The position numbers and the translations under genes are program-made. A model generated the notes under the pieces. It worked only from the letters and a program-made list of their open reading frames with translations, searched no databases and was not told where the DNA came from. A stretch of 63,128 bases of DNA, counting the filler, from Dicyema japonicum (taxonomy: Eukaryota; Animalia; Dicyemida), in assembly GCA_011109175.1 (NCBI GenBank). It is 11 parts of 11 records of this genome, joined end to end, with 100 filler letters (N's around TTAATTAATTAA, not from the genome) between each part and the next. Parts side by side here need not be neighbours in the genome. Positions count along the whole stretch, not along the records: positions 43,583 to 53,488 come from RDEW01000246.1; positions 53,589 to 56,071 come from RDEW01000361.1; positions 56,172 to 58,574 come from RDEW01000079.1; positions 58,675 to 60,109 come from RDEW01000138.1; positions 60,210 to 61,939 come from RDEW01000269.1; positions 62,040 to 63,128 come from RDEW01000007.1; 5 more parts are not named here. One strand, written 5' to 3'. Positions 49,962 through 62,990 of the stretch are shown in pieces; the first letter of the stretch is position 1; each line of letters opens with the position of its first letter.

Positions 49962-50040
49962 CGCAAGTTAAGCGTTTATAGGCTGTGTTTGTACTTGGCT
50001 GGGTGACCGCCTGGGAACTCACAGTGTCTAACTATTTTTT
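49962..50040 (+). rRNA. 5S rRNA 3' two-thirds (5'-truncated pseudogene or 5S-derived fragment)
   Basis: AAGTTAAGC...GTACTTGGCTGGGTGACCGCCTGGGAA...TTTTTT; CTGTG/CACAG helix preserved; no 5' 5S arm visible upstream. Confidence 0.75.
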
Positions 50041-50839
50041 AGTAAAAAATAATAATTAATTATTAGAACATGGGAAGATTTTTCTGAATTTGATTATTCA
50101 AGTCCCCGAAGACGCAAAGTATGGTAGCATTAGTTAGACACGAAGGCAGGCTCGGACTTTCTGCAAAGGTTCAATTTAAAAGGACAAGGACTGACAGAGA
50201 AACAGGGGGAAAATAAATTGGATTATTTGGCCTTAAGCAAATATCTTTGCTTTTCCCAACCTAGTCCTTGAAATTATTTGTTGAGTATAACGCCTGACGA
50301 TGAAAAAAATGGATTTGTTTAAAATCATCGCTAGCTAAAGAAAATCGGAATCATTAGAGACTATATTCCACGCTACTATATGCTAGTCGCTCCTGGACAA
50401 TATCTATTTCCCGGACATCCAGACTGAGACTGTCAGTCATCCAAGCGTCCGAGGCAAGAGTGGGAGGATCTAAGATAACCTCTGTCTCTATGGAGGAGCA
50501 ATTTACTGAGGTACAGAGAAAGTTCCCACGCTGCGAATGTTGATTACTGGTTGCATAACGCTCCTAGTATGTGCTGGTTGCTAATCTTCCATAATCATAT
50601 AGGTATCTTATAATCAGGCAGTTTAAATCAATAATAAAGACAAAAAAGTAACGTAAATGTAAAATGATTTTTCTTATATGAAAGACTCTACATGACAAAA
50701 TATACAATAATTTCTAAAGGTTCTGAAATGTAAACAGTAAAAATTGAATCCTGAGTACTAGTAAAATGAGTTTATTTTTGCATTTAACAAAGAAATAGTT
50801 AAATAAAACTATTTTTGTAATAAAAACCATGGTTCAATC

Positions 50840-51090
50840 CTTGCGGTTATTGTTTATTAATCCCGGATACATCGAAAAAAAAGTTAATGGTTAACAACTT
50901 ATTAAATTTATTCAGTTCCCACCGTTGCTGAAGGTGAAAGGTCTTCCAATATCAAATGAAAGTTCATCCAGAAACTAAGGAAAGGAGGAAGAACACATCG
51001 TGCCCTTGTGGTAACCTCGCCAATAGAGTGAAAAAAAACAATCATTTTCTTGTTAGCCTGCCATTGGACGCCACCTGAGACATCTTGCTC
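50840..51090 (-). repeat. Repeat family B, diverged copy
   Basis: ttaatcccggatac...gttaa...aacaact block shared with 23740-23800; tgtctcaggtggcgtcca remnant. Confidence 0.6.
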
Positions 51091-51299
51091 ACCAATATAT
51101 TATATGTACTTGACAAATAAATCTGATTTGTTTACACAAACAAAAATAAAAAAAAAAATAAAATGATTTAAAAAAGAAATAATCAGTCACTATGAACAAA
51201 AAATAATCACAATATTGGGTTCCAATTCAAAAAATGGCCTCTTAAAATGGCCTCCAATAAAATTTTCAGGTTTTGAATACGTTCATCAATAGACATCAC

Positions 51300-51590
51300 G
51301 AGATATTTTACCAAGGTCCTCGACATCTTTAGGTAAAAGAGTCATCTTTTTATATCTTATAAAATTGATTTTTCCAAGGTCCTCGACATCTTTAGGTAAA
51401 AAGTCATCTTTTTGAAATCTTATAAAATTGATTTTAAGGGGTCCTATGGGTAAGTGGAACAATTTACCAAGGTCCTCGACATCTTTAGGTGAAAAAGTCA
51501 TCTTTTTGAAATCTTATAAAAATTGATTTTAACAGGTCCTATGGGTAAGTGGAACAATTTACCAAGCTCCTCGACATCTTTAGGAAAACA
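51300..51590 (-). repeat. Inverted arm built from the 63-64 bp unit plus GGTCCTATGGGTAAGTGGAAC modules
   Basis: Reverse complement of the 51930-52100 sequence. Confidence 0.85.
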
Positions 51591-51929
51591 TTTATTTTTT
51601 TTAAATATTTTTATTTAAATTTAAATGAAAGATTTATTTTCAAAAAGAAAAATAGAAATAATTATAAATGTAATAGAATATATATTCAACTAAATTGAAT
51701 ATATATTCTATCGGATCCAAGTTAAGTAACATTTGTTCTTAAACAAATCTCAATGTATTCTCAGATAAAGCGATATATTTAGTTTTTCTTGAATTTTTTC
51801 TCCATTTCGTAATCTTAAGAATTTTATCATTATGCTTTCTTCTTTTATCAATTTCTCAACAAATTTCTTGGAATCTTGTTTAGTGTCCAAATGTACTTCT
51901 AAAAACGTTGTGCCAGCCTCCAATTGAGA

Positions 51930-53488
51930 TATGGACCTTGGTAAAATGTTCCACTTACCCATAGGACCCGTTAAAATCAATTTTTATAAGATTTAAAAAA
52001 GATGACTTTTTACCTAAAGATGTCGAGGACCTTGGCAAAATCAATTTTTATAAGATTTAAAAAAGATGATTTTTACCTAAAGATGTCGAGGACCTTGGTA
52101 AAATCAATTTTTATAAGATTTAAAAAAGATGATTTTTTACCTAAAGATGTCGAGGACCTTGGCAAAATCAATTTTTATAAGATTTAAAAAAGATGACTTT
52201 TTACCTAAAGATGTCGAGGACCTTGGCAAAATCAATTTTTATAAGATTTAAAAAAGATGACTTTTTACCTAAAGATGTCGAGGACCTTGGCAAAATCAAT
52301 TTTTATAAGATTTAAAAAAGATGACTTTTTACCTAAAGATGTCGAGGACCTTGGTAAAATCAATTTTTATAAGATTTAAAAAAGATGACTTTTTACCTAA
52401 AGATGTCGAGGACCTTGGTAAAATCAATTTTTATAAGATTTAAAAAAGATGACTTTTTACCTAAAGATGTCGAGGACCTTGGTAAAATCAATTTTTATAA
52501 GATTTAAAAAAGATGACTTTTTACCTAAAGATGTCGAGGACCTTGGCAAAATCAATTTTTATAAGATTTAAAAAAGATGACTTTTTACCTAAAGATGTCG
52601 AGGACCTTGGCAAAATCCAATTTTTATAAGATTTAAAAAAGATGATTTTTACCTAAAGATGTCGAGGACCTTGAAAATCAATTTTTATAAGATTTAAAAA
52701 AGATGATTTTTACCTAAAGATGTCGAGGACCTTGGCAAAATCAATTTTTATAAGATTTAAAAAAGATGATTTTTACCTAAAGATGTCGAGGACCTTGGCA
52801 AAATCAATTTTTATAAGATTTAAAAAAGATGATTTTTACCTAAAGATGTCGAGGACCTTGGTAAAATCAATTTTTATAAGATTTAAAAAAGATGATTTTT
52901 TACCTAAAGATGTCGAGGACCTTGGAAAATCAATTTTTATAAGATTTAAAAAAGATGACTTTTTACCTATAGATGTCGAGGACCTTGGCAAAATCAATTT
53001 TTATAAGATTTAAAAAAGATGATTTTTACCTAAAGATGTCGAGGACTTGGCAAAATCAATTTTTATAAGATTTAAAAAGATGACTTTTTACCTAAAGATG
53101 TCGAGGACCTTGGCAAAATCAATTTTTATAAGATTTAAAAAAGATGATTTTTACCTAAAGATGTCGAGGACCTTGGTAAAATCAATTTTTATAAGATTTA
53201 AAAAGATGACTTTTTACCTAAAGATGTCGAGGACCTTGGCAAAATCAATTTTTATAAGATATAAAAAGATGACTCTTTTACCTAAAGATGTCGAGGACCT
53301 TGGTAAAATCAATTTTTATAAGATTTAAAAAAGATGATTTTTTACCTAAAGATGTCGAGGACCTTGGTAAAATCAATTTTTATAAGATTTAAAAAAGATG
53401 ATTTTTACCTAAAGATGTCGAGGACCTTGGCAAAATCAATTTTTATAGATTTAAAAAAGATGATTTTTTACTAAGATACCTAAAGATG
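51930..53488 (+). repeat. Tandem array, 63-64 bp unit, about 24 copies, running into a linker
   Basis: Unit AAAATCAATTTTTATAAGATTTAAAAAAGATGA(C/T)TTTTTACCTAAAGATGTCGAGGACCTTGG(C/T); starts at 51973, 52037, 52100. Confidence 0.95.
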
Positions 53489-54149
53489 NNNNNNNNNNNN
53501 NNNNNNNNNNNNNNNNNNNNNNNNNNNNNNNNTTAATTAATTAANNNNNNNNNNNNNNNNNNNNNNNNNNNNNNNNNNNNNNNNNNNNGGGGCAGCGAGA
53601 TCCATACACAGGATGTGTTAAACTCTCCACCGGATGTCAGTGATGTCCAGGCTTAGAGGCCTACTCTTGCATTTTTATTATAAATTCTATAATTCGAGTC
53701 GGAACACAGAGAAAAGATGCGAAGACTGTTGAAGGAAGTTGGGATCATTTGAATTTTGTTTAGTTTGGATATGACGGAGGTTTAATAATAATCATTCGAG
53801 ATCCTGTCAATCCATTGAATGGCAAATAACACTTTAAGCTGTCTTCTGTGAAACAATCCATCAATTCTGCAATCGAGCAGGCCAAGTATTAGCATTGTAT
53901 GTGAGTATTCACAAATGCATTAAACATGTACATCCAAATAGTAACATCAAGTTCCTTCAGCCATCCCTTTTTTGAGTTTTTCAGGCCAAGTATTAGCATT
54001 GTATGTGAGTATTCACAAATGCATTAAACATGTACATCCAAATAGTAACATCAAGTTCCTTCAGCCATCACTTTTTTGAGTTTTTATGTTGCAACTGTTT
54101 TACTTTTGATGATATCTTGTGTGTCTTCCAGTAGGGATACAAGCTTATT

Positions 54150-55090
54150 AACATGTCGCCAACGTTCATCAAGGATGTTCTACAGTCTTAAGATTTCGGG
54201 TTTTCATGGTTTACGATTAGGAACTATTCATTAAATTTGTCCGGTGCAGTTTTAGTATATGTGAGAGAGTTTCTGTATCTTCAAATATAAAATCCACATC
54301 ATCCGCGTACACCACTTTCTCAATTTTCCCTCGTAATACATTCTTAGATCCCTTAGTGCGGTTTCAAGATATCAGGGAAAGAAAATACTAAGGGAAATTT
54401 CCCTGAGGAATATCGATTATAGTTTTGAAAGTTCTTCTAATCCTGACAGACAGATCATTACTAGAGAGCAGTATTCGAATAATTCTTTGCAACGATTGGT
54501 CTACAAATTGTTGTAGGACATCCATTATCTTGTGTATGCTAATAGTGTCTNTATAAAATCCACATCATCCGCGTACACCACTTTCTCAATTTTCCCTCGT
54601 AATACATTCTTAGATCCCTTAGTGCGGTTTCAAGATATCAGGGAAAGAAAATACTAAGGGAAATTTTCCTGAGGAATATCGATTATAGTTTTGAAAGTTC
54701 TTCTAATCCTGACAGACAGATCATTACTAGAGAGCAGTATTCGAATAATTCTTTGCAACGATTGGTCTACAAATTGTTGTAGGACATCCATTATCTTGTG
54801 TATGCTAATAGTGTCTAAAGCTCTAAACACATCGATTCCCCGATGGTCGTGCATTTTTATATCTTTGAGTTGTTGCACACCGTCACCTATGGCTCTACAG
54901 AATATCTGCTGTCAATTTTCCTTCACAAAATCCGCTATGGCTTGCTGACCGGTAATTCTTGTGGGATGTTTTAAATGGTCCAAAGCAACAGATGCAAGAA
55001 CTTTCCGTAATGTGTTTAAAAATATGACTGGGCGTAGACTTTCGAGTGTTGTTTTGGTTTGTTAGACTTTTTTTTATAGGTATCAATATT
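54150..55090 (-). mobile_element. Decayed RTE RT region
   Basis: DVFRALDTIS, IPQENFP, VVYADDVDF; duplication around N 54551. Confidence 0.75.
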
Positions 55091-55291
55091 TTTTCCCAGG
55101 GGTAGGACCGAGTTAAACATTCTATTAATGTCTAATTGTTTTAAAGAGACGAATATAGCCCGAGGACCTATGAGCGTATTTTTTTCGATTTCACAAAATA
55201 CAAAAATTTACTGATTTGCTAAAACATTATTATTAATTATTATTTTTGTATTTAAATAAATACATTTGTAACACGTTTTTGACTTTTTTAT

Positions 55292-56029
55292 ATGGTTAGT
55301 TGTTGTACATTTGAAATAAAAATCATATTAAATACAAAGTCGATATTCATATTTTAGGGAATCGATATAAGTCACCGATACGACAGGAAAGTCAGACGAA
55401 TTCGCCCTCACACACCAAATTTATACATGAGGGAGCTGATTAAGGTACAATAACTTTATAAACGTATAGGTCTACACCTATCTCAACAGGAAAATTGACT
55501 CTAGGTTCAACAAGGTGGTTTTGCGTCGTCTCTTGATGAGCAGGACTAACAGACCCCCAATGTGTGTGTCAAGACTGGTTAGGACTGGTTGATGTAGTGC
55601 ATAGTTAAAACATCTTCAAAAATCTACAGTTGACAATTTAGTTGCTGTTTGTGTGGGGACTGTAACTGATGATCTACGAATGATCCCGGAAAAGGTACCA
55701 AAGATGACGGTATAATAATTGAGACTTTATTCTTAGGTTTGTGCTCTACACGTGACACAGAAGGCACGTGCGAGAATTCTGGAAGCTGGTGGGAAAATTT
55801 TAACCTTTGATGAGCTTGCGGTGATTGCTCCAAAGGGAGAAAAAACCATGCTAATTCAGGCACATAGGAATTCCAGAACTGTGTGTAAACATCATGGACC
55901 AGCTCCTGGAGCACCACACAGTCATACAAGGTTTCAAATCTGCTTTATTGTAGACCTTATGTTCGCCATAAGGGAACCAAATTTGAAAGGGCGAGAGGAA
56001 GGAGAAAGAGTCGTGCTTATAAGAAATAA
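55292..56029 (+). CDS. RPL18: 60S ribosomal protein L18 (eL18)
   Basis: ATG|63-nt intron|[14 protein letters not shown]...[18 protein letters not shown]...VGTVTDD...[18 protein letters not shown]...GPAPG.PHSHT|[23 protein letters not shown]. Confidence 0.97.
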
Positions 56030-56441
56030 TTTTACTTTTTTGGTTATTTTTTATTTCGTTACTGTTCAGTTNNNNNNNNNNNNNNNNNNNNNNNNNNNNN
56101 NNNNNNNNNNNNNNNTTAATTAATTAANNNNNNNNNNNNNNNNNNNNNNNNNNNNNNNNNNNNNNNNNNNNTTTATTGCGGCTTTAAAAAATAAGGGAAC
56201 TCGTTTTTATCAAATTATATGGAATTTCCGATCAAAACCTTTTGATCTCGTGGACCCATTCGAGCACCTCTGATTTGGATCTTCAGCTCCTCCAGACATT
56301 TCCAATATATACAAATGTGTTTGTGGGTTGTCATAACTGCTTCTTCTTTAAAAGATTTCCAAAATGAAAAATTCCCTTTTACCAGCCTCCTCGAAAATCC
56401 ATCCAAATTGAGCATTGGAACATATCCCAACCTCATCAATC

Positions 56442-58188
56442 TGCTCGAAGTGGTCTCGGCACGTTGCCCAGAGCTCTTTCAAATCGTACAGCTAGCGTAC
56501 TCTTCCCCAAGCTGCCTTTTTATCCATGATCAAATTATCATGTCCGAATGCGGCATTCAGCAGGGTGACCCACTGGGCCCATTGCTGTTTGCCCTCTCTG
56601 TTGACCATATTGCACGGAACCTTTCTTCCCCGTTAACTTCTGGTACTTGGACGACGTGACGATTGGCGGACCCACAGAGGTCGTTATGAAGGACGTAAAC
56701 AGAATCACTTCCGGTTTCTCCAAGATCGGACTATCTCTTAACGGCGGCAAATGCGAACTCGTCAATATTTCTCTTGCCCCCCGCTCTCTGCCACACATTC
56801 TCCTCTCTCTGCAGCCTGATCGATGGGTTAAGGCTTACGCCCACCAGCGATCTAGTTATCTTGGGCTCTCCAATTTCCGACGATGGTATAGTAAAAGCCT
56901 TATCGACTAAATGGGACGAAATTAAGCTACTTACTGATCGGATCCGTGGGCTTGGCTCACATCTTGCTTTCTTCTTATTGAAGAACTTTCTTTTCGTTCC
57001 GAGACTGACCTACATTCTCCGTTCTCCCCGTGTCTCGCTGCCGCAGATTCATTATCCAGAATTGACAATCTTGTCCGCCAATCGTTAACATTCCACCTCA
57101 ATTCGAGGATCACCGGTGACGGTTTTACCCGTGCCAGTTTACCTACACGTTTCGGGGGGATCGGGATCCGCTCTTGTGCGGACCTGGCCCTACCCTGCTA
57201 CCTCTCCTCCCTGTCGGCTTCCAGGAATTCCGTTTGCTCGGTTCTACTTCCCTCTCTGGAACTTAACGAGCTCTCGGAATACTCCTCTGCCCGCCGTACG
57301 TGGTGCTCTCTTGACCTCGATTTTCCCCCGATCCCTTCAGTCCAAAGGGCTGGGACGAAATTCACTGCTCCAAAACATTACGAAAACTCGCTCAAAGTCG
57401 GACCAACTCCAGCTGGCCTCCCTAAACTGCGCATGTCAGCCGCATACGGGTGACTGGCTCAAAGCTCTCCCTATCCCTAGTACGGGGCTACTACTGGACG
57501 ACGAATCCTTACGGATTGGAATCAGCTTACGATTGGGCTTGGACATCTGCCAGCCCCACCCTTGCCGGTGCGGGTCCACAATTTCGTCAACGGCTTACAC
57601 GCCTTGTCGTGTAAGAAGAGTGCCGGGAGAATTCCCCGTCACACACATCTGAATGACGTTGTGAGGAGGGCCCTGGAGTCGGCTGGTTTCCCTTCCACTC
57701 TAGAGCCAGTCGGCCTTTCCCGGAGCGACGGCAAGCGTCCCGACGGGGTGACGACCTTTCCTTTTAGGGAAGGCAAGTCCCTGGTTTGGGATGCCACGTG
57801 TGTCGACTCTTTTTCTGTGACAATGCTTCCCAGGACTGTCGCCAACCCGGGCTCCGCCTGTGCGCAGGCTGAAGAGACAAAGAGGACGAAATACCGGTGT
57901 ATTTCGGACGCTTTTGAGTTTGCCCCCTCGCCTTCGAAACCTCCGGAATCGTCGGCAAGGCTGCGACTCAACTCCTCACCGCCATTGGTAGGAGAATCTC
58001 GACAAAAACAAACGACCGGAGGGAGACGAGCTGGCTGTTCCAGCGAATCTCGGTCGCTGTGCTCCGCGGAAACTGCCACTCAATACGCAGCGCGGCATCG
58101 TTGAGCTGACCCTCAGGTTCTCGACACTTCCCTTAGCCACCCAACTGCTTACTATTTTCCTTTTCAGTGTGTTTCTAATTAAAATCGT
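56442..58188 (+). mobile_element. 5'-truncated CRE retrotransposon (RT, CCHC, RLE) with 12-bp TSD
   Basis: GIQQGDPLGPLLF, WYLDD, TGDWLKALP, CRCG, RPDGVT, VWDATCVD; ACCTCATCAATC at 56430-56441 and 58189-58200; several frameshifts. Confidence 0.92.
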
Positions 58189-58953
58189 ACCTCATCAATC
58201 CCGGCATTGTGGCAAAACTGGCGATCGCAGTCTTAGAGGTTTTAGTTCATGCCGCACTGGAGCCAAATCCTACTTCGGTGAGTATCAACTTCCATCAATT
58301 CAGTTGGAAGGCCAACAGAATTTGTTTTCATAAGTTGCGGGAACAGAGATACACTACACCAGTCTACTTAGTTCTACATTTTAGACTTCCTTCTTTAATT
58401 CCTACTTCCTTAATTGGTTAATTTTTTAGAAATATTTTTGAACAAATTTACAAACAAAATATCACAGCAATCAAATAAGAAGGCGTGTTACAACTTGGTG
58501 GTTCTAATTCTTTTGTGTCATTTCTCTGATTTTCGTAAAGTATGAAAATTGTTTAAAAAGTTAGTCATTTAAATNNNNNNNNNNNNNNNNNNNNNNNNNN
58601 NNNNNNNNNNNNNNNNNNTTAATTAATTAANNNNNNNNNNNNNNNNNNNNNNNNNNNNNNNNNNNNNNNNNNNNTCTCGGTTTCCCGTCGTTCGTTACTC
58701 GCTTTATTTATCATGGACCCGAGCCATCTTAGAAAATAGACCGTCTTGGGCCCGAAGACTCCGACTACGGGCTGTACATAGAATCATGTTGAGAGGCTGT
58801 CATATTGTCTTATTTATCTCATTGCTACTTTATTGATTGAATGATTGTCTGCTTTAATACGCCAACAGTGGTTTTTAGGATTGTTCGATTGAATCGGTTA
58901 ATGCGTTGTAATTTTAGCATTTATTGGTTTTCCCCAGTCGGTGGTAATAAAAT

Positions 58954-60109
58954 ATGCATTTTTACAGATTTTTCCTATCAGTTGTGTTAATTACGACCAC
59001 AGACGTACCTAAAATGGATAAACGGGCAGCGACTGCTTTTCGTCACAAATTATGGACAAACGGAACTATTCCTTATGTCATTGACTTCGACGTGTTTAAA
59101 GGTTGTTATTACTGCTTGAGAGTGTAGTCAACCAAATTAACCTCATTAGATCGGCGATTGACATTTGGGAGAGTTCTACGTGTCTTCAATTTATACCACG
59201 TGTCAAAAGATACCATGATTATGTCGTTTTCACTAAACGTCATTGTGGGTTTTGAAATCATGGTTTCCTCTAGTTGCTGCTCCTATGTTGGGAATGTTGG
59301 GGGAATGCAAGAAGTTTCTCTAAATGATTACTGTATATCTCTTGGTTCTGCTCTTCATGAGATCGGGCACGTGCTCGGGTTCTGGCATGAACACACACGT
59401 CCCGATCGGGACGACCACGTCAAAATTCTCTTTAGAAATATTATTATTGGTTTTAGTGCTTTTGATTCTCGCAGGCAAAGAGTACAACTTCTATAAGAAG
59501 AAGCCAGAAGAGATCGACTCTTTAGGAGAGGGATACGACTTTGAGAGTATAATGCACTACACGTGCAACGCATTTGCATTCTACAAAGACCTCCATACCA
59601 TCGTGCCTCTTGTTGCCGGATCTCACTATGGCGATATCCTCAAACTTGTCGGCCAACGGGATCATTTGAGTCCGGGGGATATTAGGCAGACAAATCTGCT
59701 TTACTCCTGTGGTTTTGAAAACAACTTTAAAATAGGAAATTTTACTAACGTTTGGGGGATCCAACAAACCGTCCTTCTGGTAGAAAGCAAAAACGAATCC
59801 CTAAAATTTAAGGCTAACCTCGGACATGAAATCTCGTTGAAGATAAACTCGCTTAATTTTACTTCAAAAAACTGTGAATCATCAAAATTCTCTCTTTTTT
59901 TGTTGAAATTCACGGGGGAAGTCTCCTCACTGACTTGTAGTACTTCTTCTAATATTTAGACGATTCATGCCAGGAAAACATCTTTTTGAAGGGATCATCA
60001 GTCTTTCTAAGCCCGAAAACCTCGCGGAGCATTTTGTCGGTATATTACGAGGGTTTTAGCATTTTTTAAATTCCAGAAATTTGTGGAGGTGACATAACCG
60101 TGAAAGATG
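58954..60109 (+). CDS. Tolloid/BMP1-like astacin metalloprotease with CUB domain(s), 3' end cut by linker
   Basis: Signal peptide, KR|[47 protein letters not shown], Met-turn [28 protein letters not shown]-like segment and EICGG. Confidence 0.88.
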
Positions 60110-60209
60110 NNNNNNNNNNNNNNNNNNNNNNNNNNNNNNNNNNNNNNNNNNNNTTAATTAATTAANNNNNNNNNNNNNNNNNNNNNNNNNNNNNNNNNNN
60201 NNNNNNNNN

Positions 60210-60640
60210 GGTGAGCCATTGCGTTACGCGGTCATCATGGTTTCAAAGCGAGGCAATACATACGATTTTTTCGTGGAAGACTAAAGACTTACTGCTTATC
60301 GCTCCGGTTGTCTCTACAGCAATCGCGCGGGAGGTATACCGGTCGAGGAGTCATCTATACTTATTTTCTTTAGCTCTCTCCAATTTCTGCTTTTGTCGCA
60401 CCCGGTGATGTTGAGGGACAAAGAGTCAAAACATGTGGAATCTAAGAATAACGGTTTCCCCTTTTCGAACGGAAAGATTGTTCCTCCATCTATTCGCTTT
60501 TCGCCTCCCTTGTCTAGGTCAATGGGTACCAATATGGTAGGGTCTCCGCCAGACTCCAGTGTGTGTTTCACAGCATCATTCAAGTTACTATGCTGCGGAA
60601 ATCTCCCAAAAATTCTTCTGCATGAGGGGGGTGATGTCGG
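60210..60640 (-). mobile_element. Decayed CRE RLE fragment
   Basis: PQHSNLNDAVKHTLESGG...KRIDGGTIFPFEKGKPLFLDSTCFD. Confidence 0.75.
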
Positions 60641-60669
60641 TAAGTGTCGATAATTTCTCCCATAATCAG

Positions 60670-61070
60670 CAGATGACCATATTTCCATTTGAGGCCGGGA
60701 AACCACTGGTTTGGGATGTGACATGTACAGACACGTTCGCCCAAAAAAATCTTCACGAGAGTGCTACAAGGGCCTGTTCAGCATCCGTAAAGGCGGAGAA
60801 GGCCAAACTCGTTAAATAGGTCGACCTTCCCGATGATGTCAAATTTGTTCCCCTTGCTATGGAGACTTCCGGATCCTACTCCCCCTCTACACTTGAGTTT
60901 TTCGGACGTCTTGGAAACCGGATCACCTCATGCACTGGAGATCTCCGTGAACGCCGCTGCCTATTTAAGCGAATTTCGCTCGCAATTTTGAGAGGGAACA
61001 GCCACGCAGTGAGGGCGGCAGGTACCTGACTTCTATTGTTTAAATATTGTTTAACGGTTTAAAAAAAAAT
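60670..61070 (+). mobile_element. CRE 3' fragment with poly(A)
   Basis: TIFPFEAGKPLVWDVTCTDT...FVPLAMETSG...KRISLAILRGN, A9 tail. Confidence 0.85.
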
Positions 61071-61489
61071 CAACAGTGTGTCTGAAATATTCTACTTCAA
61101 ACGGATAGAAATAAAGATGCGGACCTCATCATAAAGATGCGTGCAATGTTCCCAACTGGGCAAGCGTCAATTAATTCTCCGCCTCAATCAAATCTCCAAG
61201 CGATCAGACCGTGTCGATTCAAATTTATCTTTAAATATGTTTTTATAGTGGTCTTTCTGTTTCATCTTGGTTTTGGATGATTGCATCTCATCTGTTAGCC
61301 AAATAAAGCATATTCCGTTTAATTGGTCTTCATTCCTTTGGGGATATCGATTGATTGGTTAATCCCACTGACGCTGGAAAAGCCAAAATTTCTCCCACAA
61401 TCAAATGGATTCGATTTCTGTATCTTCCACAAAACTAACCACTTTCTGGAAGGGATTTTCTGTCTTTCTCGGTGATCCCGGGGTTCTAA

Positions 61490-61735
61490 ATAAATGCAGA
61501 ACCAAATCCAAATGGTTCCGGTTCGAATCTAGCCTATTTGAGTCGAAGGTTCCACGCATCTATGATGCTTCTGGGATTGACAAATGAAGCCGTCGTCAAT
61601 GATTCATCACTCCGGAACCGGATTGTCTTAGGAACTCACACGCAAGCAAGAAAAAAAAGAAAAAGAAGTTAAAAACACCTCAGATGTCTTGGTCTTGCCT
61701 GATTGTAGTTTTAAGTAATAAAAACATTACTACTC
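61490..61735 (+). mobile_element. SINE-like repeat family A, copy 4
   Basis: B box GGTTCGAATC near 61520, gaaggttccacgcatct core, A-rich linker. Confidence 0.75.
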
Positions 61736-62094
61736 CTCGACGAAAGGGACGTTTACAAAATAATTAAAAATTTTGTCTTTCCTTAAGAACTTGGGACGTC
61801 CGCTCACAATCAAAGGACGTGACGTTCGTTAAACCCGATATCTCCTTTGGTTGATCTTGATTGCAATCATTTATTTTATTTATTTGAGAACCCCAAGATC
61901 ACCAAGAAAGATGTTAAAAACACTAAGTAAGTGAACCCANNNNNNNNNNNNNNNNNNNNNNNNNNNNNNNNNNNNNNNNNNNNTTAATTAATTAANNNNN
62001 NNNNNNNNNNNNNNNNNNNNNNNNNNNNNNNNNNNNNNNTTTTTTTATTTCATCAAAAAATTATTTCAAAAACGAATCATTCGATGATACCTTT

Positions 62095-62990
<896 letters not shown>

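Noticed and set aside
51973-53488. CRISPR-like array, or coding repeat ORFs from the ORF track
   Set aside because: Units are adjacent with no unique spacers, there are no cas genes, the context is eukaryotic, and the 63/64 bp length variation breaks frames
55295-55357. snoRNA in the longer first intron of RPL18
   Set aside because: 63 nt, AT-rich, no C/D or H/ACA boxes visible
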